Shown one piece after another: positions 10,252-18,397 of a stretch of DNA of 64,000 nt (the stretch's first letter is position 1; every line of letters starts with the position of its first letter). The DNA lies in the IMG/VR virus record IMGVR_UViG_3300011113_000640, positions 256,542 to 320,541 of that record. One strand, 5' to 3'. The notes beneath the pieces are model-generated. The model was not told the origin of the DNA and ran no database searches. It saw only the letters and a list, made by a program, of their open reading frames with translations. The translations under genes were made by a program, and so were the position numbers.

Positions 10252-11337
10252 CTAGGCCGAAGCTTGCAAAATATACTTGCCGAAGCGGTTGTGGAACTCA
10301 TCAAAGTTCTTGAGCTTGGTAGGCTGGAACGGAAGATTGTAGGTGGTAAGTGCAATACGGGCACCCATGACCACAAGCTCAGTCTCAAAGTTTTGCATCA
10401 TGTACTTGAAGAAATGGTCGGCCATTTCATGGAACTGTTTGTCTGGCACTTTCTTCTCGATAGCACCTTTGAGCTCGTAGCACATGCTGATAACCAGAGA
10501 GTACATGGCACTGACTTCTTTGACATTGAGATCTTTCTCTTTGCCGCTCAGGATGTCTTCGGGCTTGGGCATGCGTCCAGCAACCTTGCGGTGTGCCATG
10601 AATTTCACAGCCAGACCTTCGCCTACTGTACCTGCAATCAAGTTCATGATGGTGTCATCATCGCCGTCTTCATCTTCAAGAATCTGGCTTACGAATGTCC
10701 ATGACCTTGGTGTAGCAAAGGCACGGCTGGCTGATTTGGGATCAAAGTCATACAGGTCCTGCTTGGCAAAACTCAAATAACCAACCACGTCTTTGTGGAT
10801 GTTGTTGTTGACTGCCCACTCTTGATATGACGCAAAGTCCACACGCATTTCTTGGTGTATGAAACGATTTGCCAAGGGCGTGGGCATGCGATAGGTCACA
10901 CCCTTGTCGCTTTCGCGATTACCGGCAGCAACCAAGACCACGTTTTCAGGCAAGAAGTATTTGCCCACACGACGATTCAGGATCAACTGATAGGCCGCGG
11001 CTTGCACCGAAGGAGCGGCACTATTCATCTCATCCAAGAATAGCACCACGATGGGATACTGGCTGGCAAATTCCGCAGTTGGCAAATCCACTGGCTCGGC
11101 CCAGTCCATTTTGCCCGACTCTTTGTTGTAAAACGGAATACCACGGATATCCGTAGGCTCCATCTGACCAAGTCGGAGATCGATCATGTAACCACCAAGT
11201 TCGGCAGCAATATCGGCCACCAGTTCACTTTTACCGATACCAGGAGGACCCCAGAGGAATAAGGGGCGTTTTTTGCTGAATGCTTTGAGCAAGCTCTTAC
11301 GGGCCTGCACCGATGTTACGGTTCTTGTTTCTGACAT
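10252..11337 (-). CDS. MoxR/dynein-related AAA+ ATPase
   Basis: Walker A GPPGIGKS, Walker B LFLDE, AAGN sensor, ALANRF-like arginine finger (PLANRF). Confidence 0.9.
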   Translation of the reverse strand: MSETRTVTSVQARKSLLKAFSKKRPLFLWGPPGIGKSELVADIAAELGGYMIDLRLGQMEPTDIRGIPFYNKESGKMDWAEPVDLPTAEFASQYPIVVLFLDEMNSAAPSVQAAAYQLILNRRVGKYFLPENVVLVAAGNRESDKGVTYRMPTPLANRFIHQEMRVDFASYQEWAVNNNIHKDVVGYLSFAKQDLYDFDPKSASRAFATPRSWTFVSQILEDEDGDDDTIMNLIAGTVGEGLAVKFMAHRKVAGRMPKPEDILSGKEKDLNVKEVSAMYSLVISMCYELKGAIEKKVPDKQFHEMADHFFKYMMQNFETELVVMGARIALTTYNLPFQPTKLKNFDEFHNRFGKYILQASA

Positions 11338-11383
11338 GGCTGTGTCCTATAAAAAGTTGAAGAAATTTTACTACTATAGAACT

Positions 11384-11412
11384 ATTATACAACAAACGGA
11401 ATTATTGGTCAA
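11384..11412 (-). promoter_or_regulatory. Sigma70-type promoter for the AAA ATPase operon
   Basis: TTGACC-17 bp-TATAAT. Confidence 0.85.
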
Positions 11413-12550
11413 CCTGTGTGTAAGTGCCAATTTTATACAAGTGACTTAGATGCCCACGTAACCCTTCATACACGGTTCCGCTGTTGAACCATTGTTTGCC
11501 ACAGATTCTTTCTAGTTCGTGTAAACTATTTACCCATTTGGTTTTGGCTTCAAATTCGCCTTCGATGAACCAGCGGCTTAACTCGTTCCATACAGCTCGC
11601 GTGGGCTTTTTGATTTGCCAGGTATCATGTTTCCAGTCTGGATAAATGCTGAAATTCACTTCGCGATAATAGTCTTCGTCGTGAAAATTGGCAATGTTGT
11701 TGGTGTGCTTGATAAGATGTATCCGATTGGTTGACTTCAGCCAGTTTACCACCACGTGACTTTGTTTGACCGCCAACTCGGGCAGATTTGGCGACCAATA
11801 AAAGTATTCATCGTTTTCCCAATACTCGCCAAGAATATCATTGGTAGGCAAGGTTCCGGTGGTCATGATCACATCTAAAAAAGCAAAATAAATGTTTGTA
11901 TCATCTCTCAACAGTCGGGGTTTGTCTACCCCATAAACAAACCCAACCTTTTTGCCCCGGTGTAATAATTCATTGTGCTCGCGAAATATCTTGTGAAATC
12001 GCGATCGTACCATACAGGTAGGATCAAATCTAACTCCAGCGGTCCAGAACCAATCAGGATTGTTGGCTGCTTCTAGTATGTTCTTGGTCCAGTCATATAC
12101 ATTGACCTTGATGTTGTGATCGGCCACCAACCTGCGAAGTTGCGGCAAGGCCTGCTGGATTTCTCGGGTGTAGTAGCCTGGTGTAGTATCAGATCCCAAA
12201 CGTGCATATTCTTGTTCTTCAGCTTCGAATGCTCCAAACATATAAACTTCGTCCAGCTTGATGTTGTTTTTGATAAAAGTTCGAAGGATATACCAGGAAT
12301 CAACTCCTCCGGAATAAAACAGCACCAAATGATCATAGGCTTCTCGCAGTTGCAAGGCACGTTGACGATACAGCTCTTCCAGAGCTACCGGAGGATCTAG
12401 GTCCCAGCGGGCAGTACCAAAGATACTGTCATGATAATCCCATTCTATATGTTGCCCAGAAGAGTTGGCTTCCAGTATGGCTTCTAGTTTGTTGAAAAAG
12501 GGCCGACCATTGCAGGTATAAACCCCTTTGTTGTGATACAAATATGTCAT
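11402..12550 (-). CDS. PP-loop (adenine nucleotide alpha-hydrolase-like) protein
   Basis: LFYSGGVDS PP-loop; no QueC zinc-binding cysteine cluster. Confidence 0.6.
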   Translation of the reverse strand: MTYLYHNKGVYTCNGRPFFNKLEAILEANSSGQHIEWDYHDSIFGTARWDLDPPVALEELYRQRALQLREAYDHLVLFYSGGVDSWYILRTFIKNNIKLDEVYMFGAFEAEEQEYARLGSDTTPGYYTREIQQALPQLRRLVADHNIKVNVYDWTKNILEAANNPDWFWTAGVRFDPTCMVRSRFHKIFREHNELLHRGKKVGFVYGVDKPRLLRDDTNIYFAFLDVIMTTGTLPTNDILGEYWENDEYFYWSPNLPELAVKQSHVVVNWLKSTNRIHLIKHTNNIANFHDEDYYREVNFSIYPDWKHDTWQIKKPTRAVWNELSRWFIEGEFEAKTKWVNSLHELERICGKQWFNSGTVYEGLRGHLSHLYKIGTYTQVDQ

Positions 12551-13461
12551 TGGGCGATGTTGTTTCTATGTCTGTAAAGTAATTGTTCTAACAATCTCAC
12601 ATGTTTGTTATAATACATGGTCACAGGAACATTGTCAAATTGACTGGGTCGCATGTCACTGAGACTTTGTATGGTAGCAAGGCCAATTTGACTGGTGGCC
12701 TGTGTCAGGATTCGTGCAATCTCATCCTGACGCTGAGATCGCATGGTACGATTGGCAATCACAATATTGAACACTGTGGGTGCAGTTATGCCTTGTTCCG
12801 CCAGAGTTTTCACTGCCGGCAAGTCTGGATGACGCTTGGGGCAACTCATGGCCAACATTTGTAGCCGTGGATTTCTGGCTTTCATTTGTTGATAGTTGGC
12901 CACTCGTTCCAATACCATGTTCACAGAACCATCACCGGTCATCAGCAACAAGGCATCCATGTTGCTTTTGAAAGGCACATACCGCACTGTGAAACCATAG
13001 CGTGATGCTAATTGTAAAGCGGTCAAGTGTGCGGCATTGCCTATGCCCACACCGCCCACGACCAATTCACGCCGACCTTGTAGGCTGGCCACACCCTGAC
13101 GTTCATCGCCGACATTGGTTATAACCCCCCAGCAGGCATCGCCCATGCTCCATACAGGATCATAGTCCGTGAGATTCAAGCGTCCGGCCACGGTTTGTTC
13201 TACAAATTTGGGTGCCACGATGGCTACACGGTTCTGTGGTTGTTCGTCCATGTACCGCACGGCCAAGATTTGTTCGCCGCCGGGCCGGAATTCCAATATA
13301 AAATTGTATTGTGATTGGTTGCGATTGGCCTGTTCTATAATTCGAAACATAGCCGGCGATCCTGAGTGGCTGGCACTGTAAGGACTTACTATGGTTATAG
13401 TTTCTGCACTCAATACAAAATTTGACCAAAAGGTCAACATTATTAATGCTAATTTTATCAT
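12547..13461 (-). CDS. Bug/TctC family (tripartite tricarboxylate transporter-type) periplasmic solute-binding protein
   Basis: Signal peptide, EFRPGG, YVPFKS, RHPDLPAVKTLAEQG. Confidence 0.8.
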   Translation of the reverse strand: MIKLALIMLTFWSNFVLSAETITIVSPYSASHSGSPAMFRIIEQANRNQSQYNFILEFRPGGEQILAVRYMDEQPQNRVAIVAPKFVEQTVAGRLNLTDYDPVWSMGDACWGVITNVGDERQGVASLQGRRELVVGGVGIGNAAHLTALQLASRYGFTVRYVPFKSNMDALLLMTGDGSVNMVLERVANYQQMKARNPRLQMLAMSCPKRHPDLPAVKTLAEQGITAPTVFNIVIANRTMRSQRQDEIARILTQATSQIGLATIQSLSDMRPSQFDNVPVTMYYNKHVRLLEQLLYRHRNNIAQ

Positions 13462-13530
13462 TGTTTCTCCTAAATTTTTAATTTTTAAGAGCTTGCAGAA
13501 GAACTCTGCTACGGCTCGGCGTTATGTATT

Positions 13531-13559
13531 ATGATACAATAAAGACATCACTATGTCAA
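13531..13559 (-). promoter_or_regulatory. Sigma70-type promoter for the Bug/PP-loop operon
   Basis: TTGACA-17 bp-TATCAT. Confidence 0.65.
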
Positions 13560-13617
13560 GCGTCGATTTGAATGCCGACGTCGGAGTGATCCGGCGTTGC
13601 AGGATTTATTTATATGT

Positions 13618-13782
13618 TCAACGGCCTCGGCCGGCACTTCTTGTTGGAGGTTTTTTGCCTATCACAGGTGCCCGTTGTTTGACGGTTTTCCTTTCCACCT
13701 GTGGAGCATCATCATTTTCAGGATGATGGATTCCTTTTTTCTTGTCTGCGGCCTTCTTTAAGAAATCGCTCATTTTGCTCAT
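13618..13782 (-). CDS. Small basic hypothetical protein
   Basis: Start MSKMSDFL with AAGGA RBS directly after tRNA-Thr. Confidence 0.65.
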   Translation of the reverse strand: MSKMSDFLKKAADKKKGIHHPENDDAPQVERKTVKQRAPVIGKKPPTRSAGRGR

Positions 13783-13799
13783 AGTTGTTTCCTTGTTAA

Positions 13800-13883
13800 T
13801 GGTGCCCCCGGGGTGAATCGAACACCCTTTGAGTTTCCTCGACGGATTACAAATCCGTTGCAATCCCACTATGCGACAGGGGC
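13800..13883 (-). tRNA. tRNA-Thr(UGU) with a long variable arm
   Basis: GCCCCTG/CGGGGGC acceptor, ACGGA-TTTGTAA-TCCGT anticodon arm, 14-nt variable region, TTCGATT T loop, encoded CCA. Confidence 0.85.
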
Positions 13884-13896
13884 TTGGTTGTGATCA

Positions 13897-14367
13897 TTAA
13901 ATGATTTTTCCTGTCGCAGCATCAACTGTCACAGGTGTGTGTTGCGCAAATGTAAATGTGTATGCAGGATTTTTCTGACTGGCCGTCTGTTTCAATGTGC
14001 AGTCAGACCAAACTTCTGTTATGCCGCTTTTGGTCAAAATCTCCACGGCCTGACTGCAATTTATCGCAGGCGGATAAGTCCAGGGCTGACAATCCTTTAC
14101 ACGACTGTCATCTGGAAAGGGACCTGTGGCATGACCCGTGTTGCTGATCACAATGGCTGTAGGCCGATTGTCACGGGCACCCAGCCAGCAAGTGTAACAG
14201 TCACCACCATTGACACTGTTGGCCAACAGGAATTTACTTCCGTGTTGTACCAAATCAATAACACTTTTGGCGCCCCAGACCTGCTGATCAAAACTCAACG
14301 TCGACATCAGTCCAACTTGTCTGACATAACTCAAAATGCGATTCAGTATGTTGTTAAAGATTTTCAT
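13897..14367 (-). CDS. Hypothetical protein
   Basis: 156-aa ORF; C-terminal VTVDAATGKII is PepSY-like (weak). Confidence 0.6.
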   Translation of the reverse strand: MKIFNNILNRILSYVRQVGLMSTLSFDQQVWGAKSVIDLVQHGSKFLLANSVNGGDCYTCWLGARDNRPTAIVISNTGHATGPFPDDSRVKDCQPWTYPPAINCSQAVEILTKSGITEVWSDCTLKQTASQKNPAYTFTFAQHTPVTVDAATGKII

Positions 14368-14585
14368 GATTGCTCCGGGGATATTTGATCAGCCATGTCA
14401 ATTGCAGGCTCTTTGTAGCCAGCTCTGCGTTTCAACAAGTCGATCCTGCGTTGAATTTTGGCCTGTTTCTTATTGGCCTGTGTTTTTTCTTTTAATTCGG
14501 TGAGTTGCTTTACACTGAGACTGACGATCCGGACCTCACCGTTTTTGGTGTAGCCAGGTTTTTTGCGATTGAGAGTTTTTGCCAT
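14364..14585 (-). CDS. Small basic hypothetical protein
   Basis: 73 aa Lys/Arg-rich ORF. Confidence 0.65.
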   Translation of the reverse strand: MAKTLNRKKPGYTKNGEVRIVSLSVKQLTELKEKTQANKKQAKIQRRIDLLKRRAGYKEPAIDMADQISPEQS

Positions 14586-14640
14586 GATTGTGATCCTGTT
14601 TGATAATTTTACTTAGTGTTATCACGGCAAGTTTTTAAAA

Positions 14641-15492
14641 TTATTGACATTCCTGCCAGGTCCAAAATCCGTTGTAAAATTCCGGCAAACGCCGGGCTGT
14701 TGGATCCCACGAAAACAGGAATTTTTTTCCAGCCCGAGGAACTAGTAATTTTTGTGGCGGAGGCCAATCGGTGGTATAGCTTATGCCTAGACATGGCAAT
14801 CCTTGATAACTGGTATGATCTTTGACAACCACCGTGGCAGATTTGTATTCTGTGAGATCCAAAACGAACTCAATTTTTTGATCACAGGTGCCGGGTCCAA
14901 TCTTGACTATGCCGTCAAATGTTTGACTGGGTTTTATCAAGTTTGTGTTGTTCACAGCATCGTAAAAACCTCGGGGCAAGGAATCATAGTTCAGCATGAC
15001 TCTTGGTTGGCAGTCTGATAAATTGTTATCGAGCTGACCTTCGTAGACCGCAACATCTATGGCCCAGACATCAGGCACACTGACGTAAGGTGTTTTGAAT
15101 ATCTGGTTGGCATGACTCCAGATTTTTTTCATGGTTGAGTTGGTTATAAACTGACATCCTAAGGGTTCGCACAGAAAAATGTCAATATTTTGGGGAACAT
15201 CGTCGGGAGTCAGTGAGAGAAAATCAGCAGTGCTCACTGAGTGCCTGCCATGGTATCCTGCGTGATCCAGGATGTCACGGGTCAACGCAGTTCTGGCCGA
15301 TCTAACGTCAACTCCGTAGTAGTGGCTGGCACCAAATTCAAGACAGTATGCACCCAGCAAACCAACGCCGGTGCCTACTTCGAATACAGTTCGATCTTTG
15401 ACAAGATTTTTAAGGATTTCTCGATACCAATTAGATCTAGGTGTATCATTGATGTAGGTCAAGGCCACATTTACTTCAGGATGTCTTATCAT
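14641..15492 (-). CDS. Class I SAM-dependent methyltransferase, PRMT-like
   Basis: INDTPRSNWY pre-motif, VFEVGTGVGLL motif I, DIFLCEPLG. Confidence 0.75.
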   Translation of the reverse strand: MIRHPEVNVALTYINDTPRSNWYREILKNLVKDRTVFEVGTGVGLLGAYCLEFGASHYYGVDVRSARTALTRDILDHAGYHGRHSVSTADFLSLTPDDVPQNIDIFLCEPLGCQFITNSTMKKIWSHANQIFKTPYVSVPDVWAIDVAVYEGQLDNNLSDCQPRVMLNYDSLPRGFYDAVNNTNLIKPSQTFDGIVKIGPGTCDQKIEFVLDLTEYKSATVVVKDHTSYQGLPCLGISYTTDWPPPQKLLVPRAGKKFLFSWDPTARRLPEFYNGFWTWQECQ

Positions 15493-16078
15493 GATCTAGG
15501 TTGACCCATGTGGTTATTTCTCCTATGCAAGTATTGGATTTAGAATTTATACAAAGTTCTAGCTGGCTGATAATATCTTGGACATTGACGCCATGGCCAG
15601 TCCAAGTAGGTCTGGAACGACCTATGGGAGTATCCAGTCTATCTACTGTTATCAAACTGGTACGAAAATTTACCTGGCCAATTCGAAAGGCCTGAGTCCA
15701 TTGTAGACTTGCATGTTTGAGAGCCGCCTTGTTGGAATTGTAGCTTTCCCAACCCGGAAAAGGTGCAGATGTATCTTCACTGCCCACCCCACCTATGTTT
15801 ATGATATGTCCACCCTTGCCACGTTCTTGCCACAGCATAGCCACTTCGGTCAGCAGCTGAGTTTGACCATATAGTGTTTGGCTTTGACCAAACACTCCAT
15901 CATAGGCGTTGTTGACGAATACATCATAATTCAAACTGAGTTCGGCTATCTTAGCACGCTGGGTCAAAATATCATGACCGGTTGATCTACTGACACTGGT
16001 GGCATCAAACTTTTTAACCAATTCTAAACCCAGACCTTGGTTGCCACCTGTGACTAGAAAAGTTTTGAGATTGGCCAT
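15476..16078 (-). CDS. Short-chain dehydrogenase/reductase
   Basis: TGGNQGLG, VFVNNA, YNSNK (YxxxK). Confidence 0.85.
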   Translation of the reverse strand: MANLKTFLVTGGNQGLGLELVKKFDATSVSRSTGHDILTQRAKIAELSLNYDVFVNNAYDGVFGQSQTLYGQTQLLTEVAMLWQERGKGGHIINIGGVGSEDTSAPFPGWESYNSNKAALKHASLQWTQAFRIGQVNFRTSLITVDRLDTPIGRSRPTWTGHGVNVQDIISQLELCINSKSNTCIGEITTWVNLDHDKTS

Positions 16079-16084
16079 TTAATT

Positions 16085-16160
16085 TGGTACACCCAAGGGG
16101 ATTCGAACCCCTGTTGCAGCCGTGAAAGGGCCGAGTCCTGGGCCTCTAGACGATGGGTGC
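16085..16160 (-). tRNA. tRNA-Glu(UUC)
   Basis: 76-nt cloverleaf, CGGCC-CTTTCAC-GGCTG anticodon arm, GGTTCGAATCC, encoded CCA. Confidence 0.95.
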
Positions 16161-16163
16161 ATG

Positions 16164-16322
16164 TTACTTCATTCTCAACTGCTGAGCAAATTTTTTGACA
16201 ATCAGATTTGCCTTCTTGTTGGATTCTGTGATGCTTCTGCTGGCAGCCGATCGTTTTTCGGTCTTGGTCCACTGTCCAGCGATAGTTCTGCTTAGTTCAC
16301 CTGCACTTTGACGCTTTGCCAT
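16164..16322 (-). CDS. Small basic protein (52 aa; not in ORF track)
   Basis: Read manually: MAKRQSAGELSRTIAGQWTKTEKRSAASRSITESNKKANLIVKKFAQQLRMK. Confidence 0.65.
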   Translation of the reverse strand: MAKRQSAGELSRTIAGQWTKTEKRSAASRSITESNKKANLIVKKFAQQLRMK

Positions 16323-16324
16323 GT

Positions 16325-16546
16325 TTATTTTACCTTTATCAAATAATCAGTCATATTAAAAGTGCCACTCTGTACTTCTTTGAGTGCATCAATGGGCGTG
16401 ACCCAAGAGTTGGTTTCTCGAGCCCGGCGCTTCATTTCTCTCAGTCGTTGCGCAGCAGCGATCACAAGATCATATCGGCCGCCGGCATAGGCCACACAGC
16501 GTTCGGTATCAATTTCACTGCTACGACTTTCGATTCTGGTGCTCAT
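16325..16546 (-). CDS. rpoZ: RNA polymerase omega subunit homologue
   Basis: RYDLVIAAAQRLREM ... ALKEV matches the RpoZ core pattern. Confidence 0.75.
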   Translation of the reverse strand: MSTRIESRSSEIDTERCVAYAGGRYDLVIAAAQRLREMKRRARETNSWVTPIDALKEVQSGTFNMTDYLIKVK

Positions 16547-16568
16547 GACTTCTCCTTGTAAAAAGTTA

Positions 16569-16597
16569 ATTATACACTAAAATATGGCGCTGGTCAA
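16569..16597 (-). promoter_or_regulatory. Sigma70-type promoter for the rpoZ operon
   Basis: TTGACC-17 bp-TATAAT. Confidence 0.8.
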
Positions 16598-16615
16598 ACA
16601 CTTTATAAATATCCA

Positions 16616-17332
16616 ATGTGCCCGCAACACCTTAGTTCACATTTTGCCAATCAAGAACTTAATTGGATTCAGACTGACTCATATGAACAATATCAAAAAA
16701 ATCTCATTGAAAAACAAGATGAACTAGAACAGTTTGGTTGGATCGATCAAACTTTTACCTATCGATATAACAGTCAAGGATTCAGAAGTGCCGAGTTTGA
16801 AGAATCTGTTCCCAGTGCGATGTTTCTTGGATGTAGCCACACGCTGGGAGTAGGATTACCTATGGAAGCTACCTTTTCGCACATAGTCAGCACCAGTTTA
16901 AATCTTAAAAATTTCAATCTGGGTGTTCCGGGTAGTAGCAATGATACTGCATTCCGTTTGGCGCATTATTACATTCCTCGATTGAAACCAACCATTGTGG
17001 TTTTTCTATCAACTGAACGAACCAGATTTGAATTGTTTACAGAAAACAACGAAAACGATATTTTATCCTATAACAACATGACCAATTCTCTTCAATTTGT
17101 CAGAGAAGAGTTGAAGCTATTTTATCGTCATTGGATAATGAATAACAACAACGTTGATATGCATTATGCAAAAAATGTTGGAGCCATTCAACAGCTATGT
17201 TCTGCAAACAATATCAAATTTTATCACAGAGAATTTTTAAAGTTTCCGTTGATAGACAAAGCAAGAGATCTAGCGCACTATGGAATTAAATCTAACAATA
17301 TTGTCGCCAAGAAAATTCTAGCAGATCTTTAA
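16616..17332 (+). CDS. SGNH-hydrolase-like hypothetical protein
   Basis: FLGCSHTLG, NLGVPGSSND and D..H near the C-terminus; preceded by TATAAATA at 16604-16611. Confidence 0.55.
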   Translation: MCPQHLSSHFANQELNWIQTDSYEQYQKNLIEKQDELEQFGWIDQTFTYRYNSQGFRSAEFEESVPSAMFLGCSHTLGVGLPMEATFSHIVSTSLNLKNFNLGVPGSSNDTAFRLAHYYIPRLKPTIVVFLSTERTRFELFTENNENDILSYNNMTNSLQFVREELKLFYRHWIMNNNNVDMHYAKNVGAIQQLCSANNIKFYHREFLKFPLIDKARDLAHYGIKSNNIVAKKILADL

Positions 17333-18267
17333 CCTATTAGCTTGGCCAGGTGTGATCTATTGTAGCGAGCAATAGTTTGTAAATTGTCAATGATGTCAAT
17401 GGTAGACATTGTTTCTTTCATGGCTTGCCATCTAGCCGGCCCTTCGAGTCGATCGTAGCTTTCATCCCAACAACTACTATAAGTTTGGAATCCAATATCT
17501 TGTAACCTTTTTAAATAATTTCGCGGACCATAAACCAACACAGGCTTGCCAGCCATGATAGGCCTTACAGTTTTTTCAGTGGGAAAGAATGTATCACCCA
17601 GTGTATATGTTTCGGCAACAATTTCAATTTGGAATTGATTGTAGTAACCTAGTATGCCGCTGTTGGTCTTTGGCTCTCTGACAAATTGATCTCTAACCCT
17701 GTGTCCGTCAATGCTGGTAACTGGACAACAAGTAAGCCACCCAATAATGTCGGTGTTGAGCCAATCATCGGGTTTTTCTAAATTAATTGGAGCAGTTTCT
17801 TTGATCCAAGGCGGCGCCTCGTCTGTGTTCATAACACTTAACAATGTGTTTCCTTGTTGCCAAAGATCATAGAGTATTCTTGCTCGAGCAAAAGTTCTGC
17901 GACCCATAAAGTAGCCAAACAAGCAAGCACCATCGGCAACAGGTGCAACATCGGTCCAGTACTTGCGGCTCATTTCAAAAAAATGACTAAGGGAGACTTT
18001 ACCTATGTTTAAATTTGCGTACGGTGTTTGCTCGTGCATGTTAGGATTTCTAGCAATACTGATTGTTTTGGGGTCTCTGCCGGTGGCAACACAGTGTTGA
18101 TTTAACATGTCCACAATGCCCAGTGCTTGCATGCTAGGACCTTCATAACGGAAATCTATTTCGACATGGGCAGAAGGATCAATATTGCTGAGACAATTTT
18201 TAACCTCCGCTGGGTTGCTCCAAGAATCTCCACACACTCTTAAAGGAATAACAATCGGTTTATTCAA
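17329..18267 (-). CDS. Putative glycosyltransferase with GT10-like C-terminal motif
   Basis: IEIVAET...FFPTEKTVRPIMAGKP. Confidence 0.45.
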   Translation of the reverse strand: MNKPIVIPLRVCGDSWSNPAEVKNCLSNIDPSAHVEIDFRYEGPSMQALGIVDMLNQHCVATGRDPKTISIARNPNMHEQTPYANLNIGKVSLSHFFEMSRKYWTDVAPVADGACLFGYFMGRRTFARARILYDLWQQGNTLLSVMNTDEAPPWIKETAPINLEKPDDWLNTDIIGWLTCCPVTSIDGHRVRDQFVREPKTNSGILGYYNQFQIEIVAETYTLGDTFFPTEKTVRPIMAGKPVLVYGPRNYLKRLQDIGFQTYSSCWDESYDRLEGPARWQAMKETMSTIDIIDNLQTIARYNRSHLAKLIG

Positions 18268-18314
18268 ACTACTCTTTGCTTTCTTTTTTCAATATTTAAT
18301 AATTATAGTTAATC

Positions 18315-18391
18315 TGGTGCCCCGGGAAGGATTCGAACCTTCAACAGCTCCCTTCTGAGGAGAGTGCGTCTACCTGTTGCGCCACCGGGGT
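18315..18391 (-). tRNA. tRNA-Leu(CAG) with a short variable loop
   Basis: CTCTC-CTCAGAA-GGGAG anticodon arm, Leu-like D arm, 5-nt variable loop, A73, encoded CCA; A1-C72 mismatch. Confidence 0.85.
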
Positions 18392-18397
18392 TGACCT

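Noticed and set aside
11402-12550. PP-loop protein as QueC
   Set aside because: Lacks the QueC zinc-binding cysteine cluster and other QueC motifs, and is not in the deazaguanine cluster
13470-13505. preQ1-I riboswitch resemblance (AGAGT...GCTCT plus A-rich tail)
   Set aside because: Loop lacks the consensus as I recall it, a competing nested hairpin is stronger, and the downstream gene is unrelated to queuosine
13800-13883. Reading this long-armed tRNA as tRNA-Tyr(GUA)
   Set aside because: The 5-bp stem ACGGA/TCCGT centres TGT in the 7-nt loop; shifting to GTA breaks the stem
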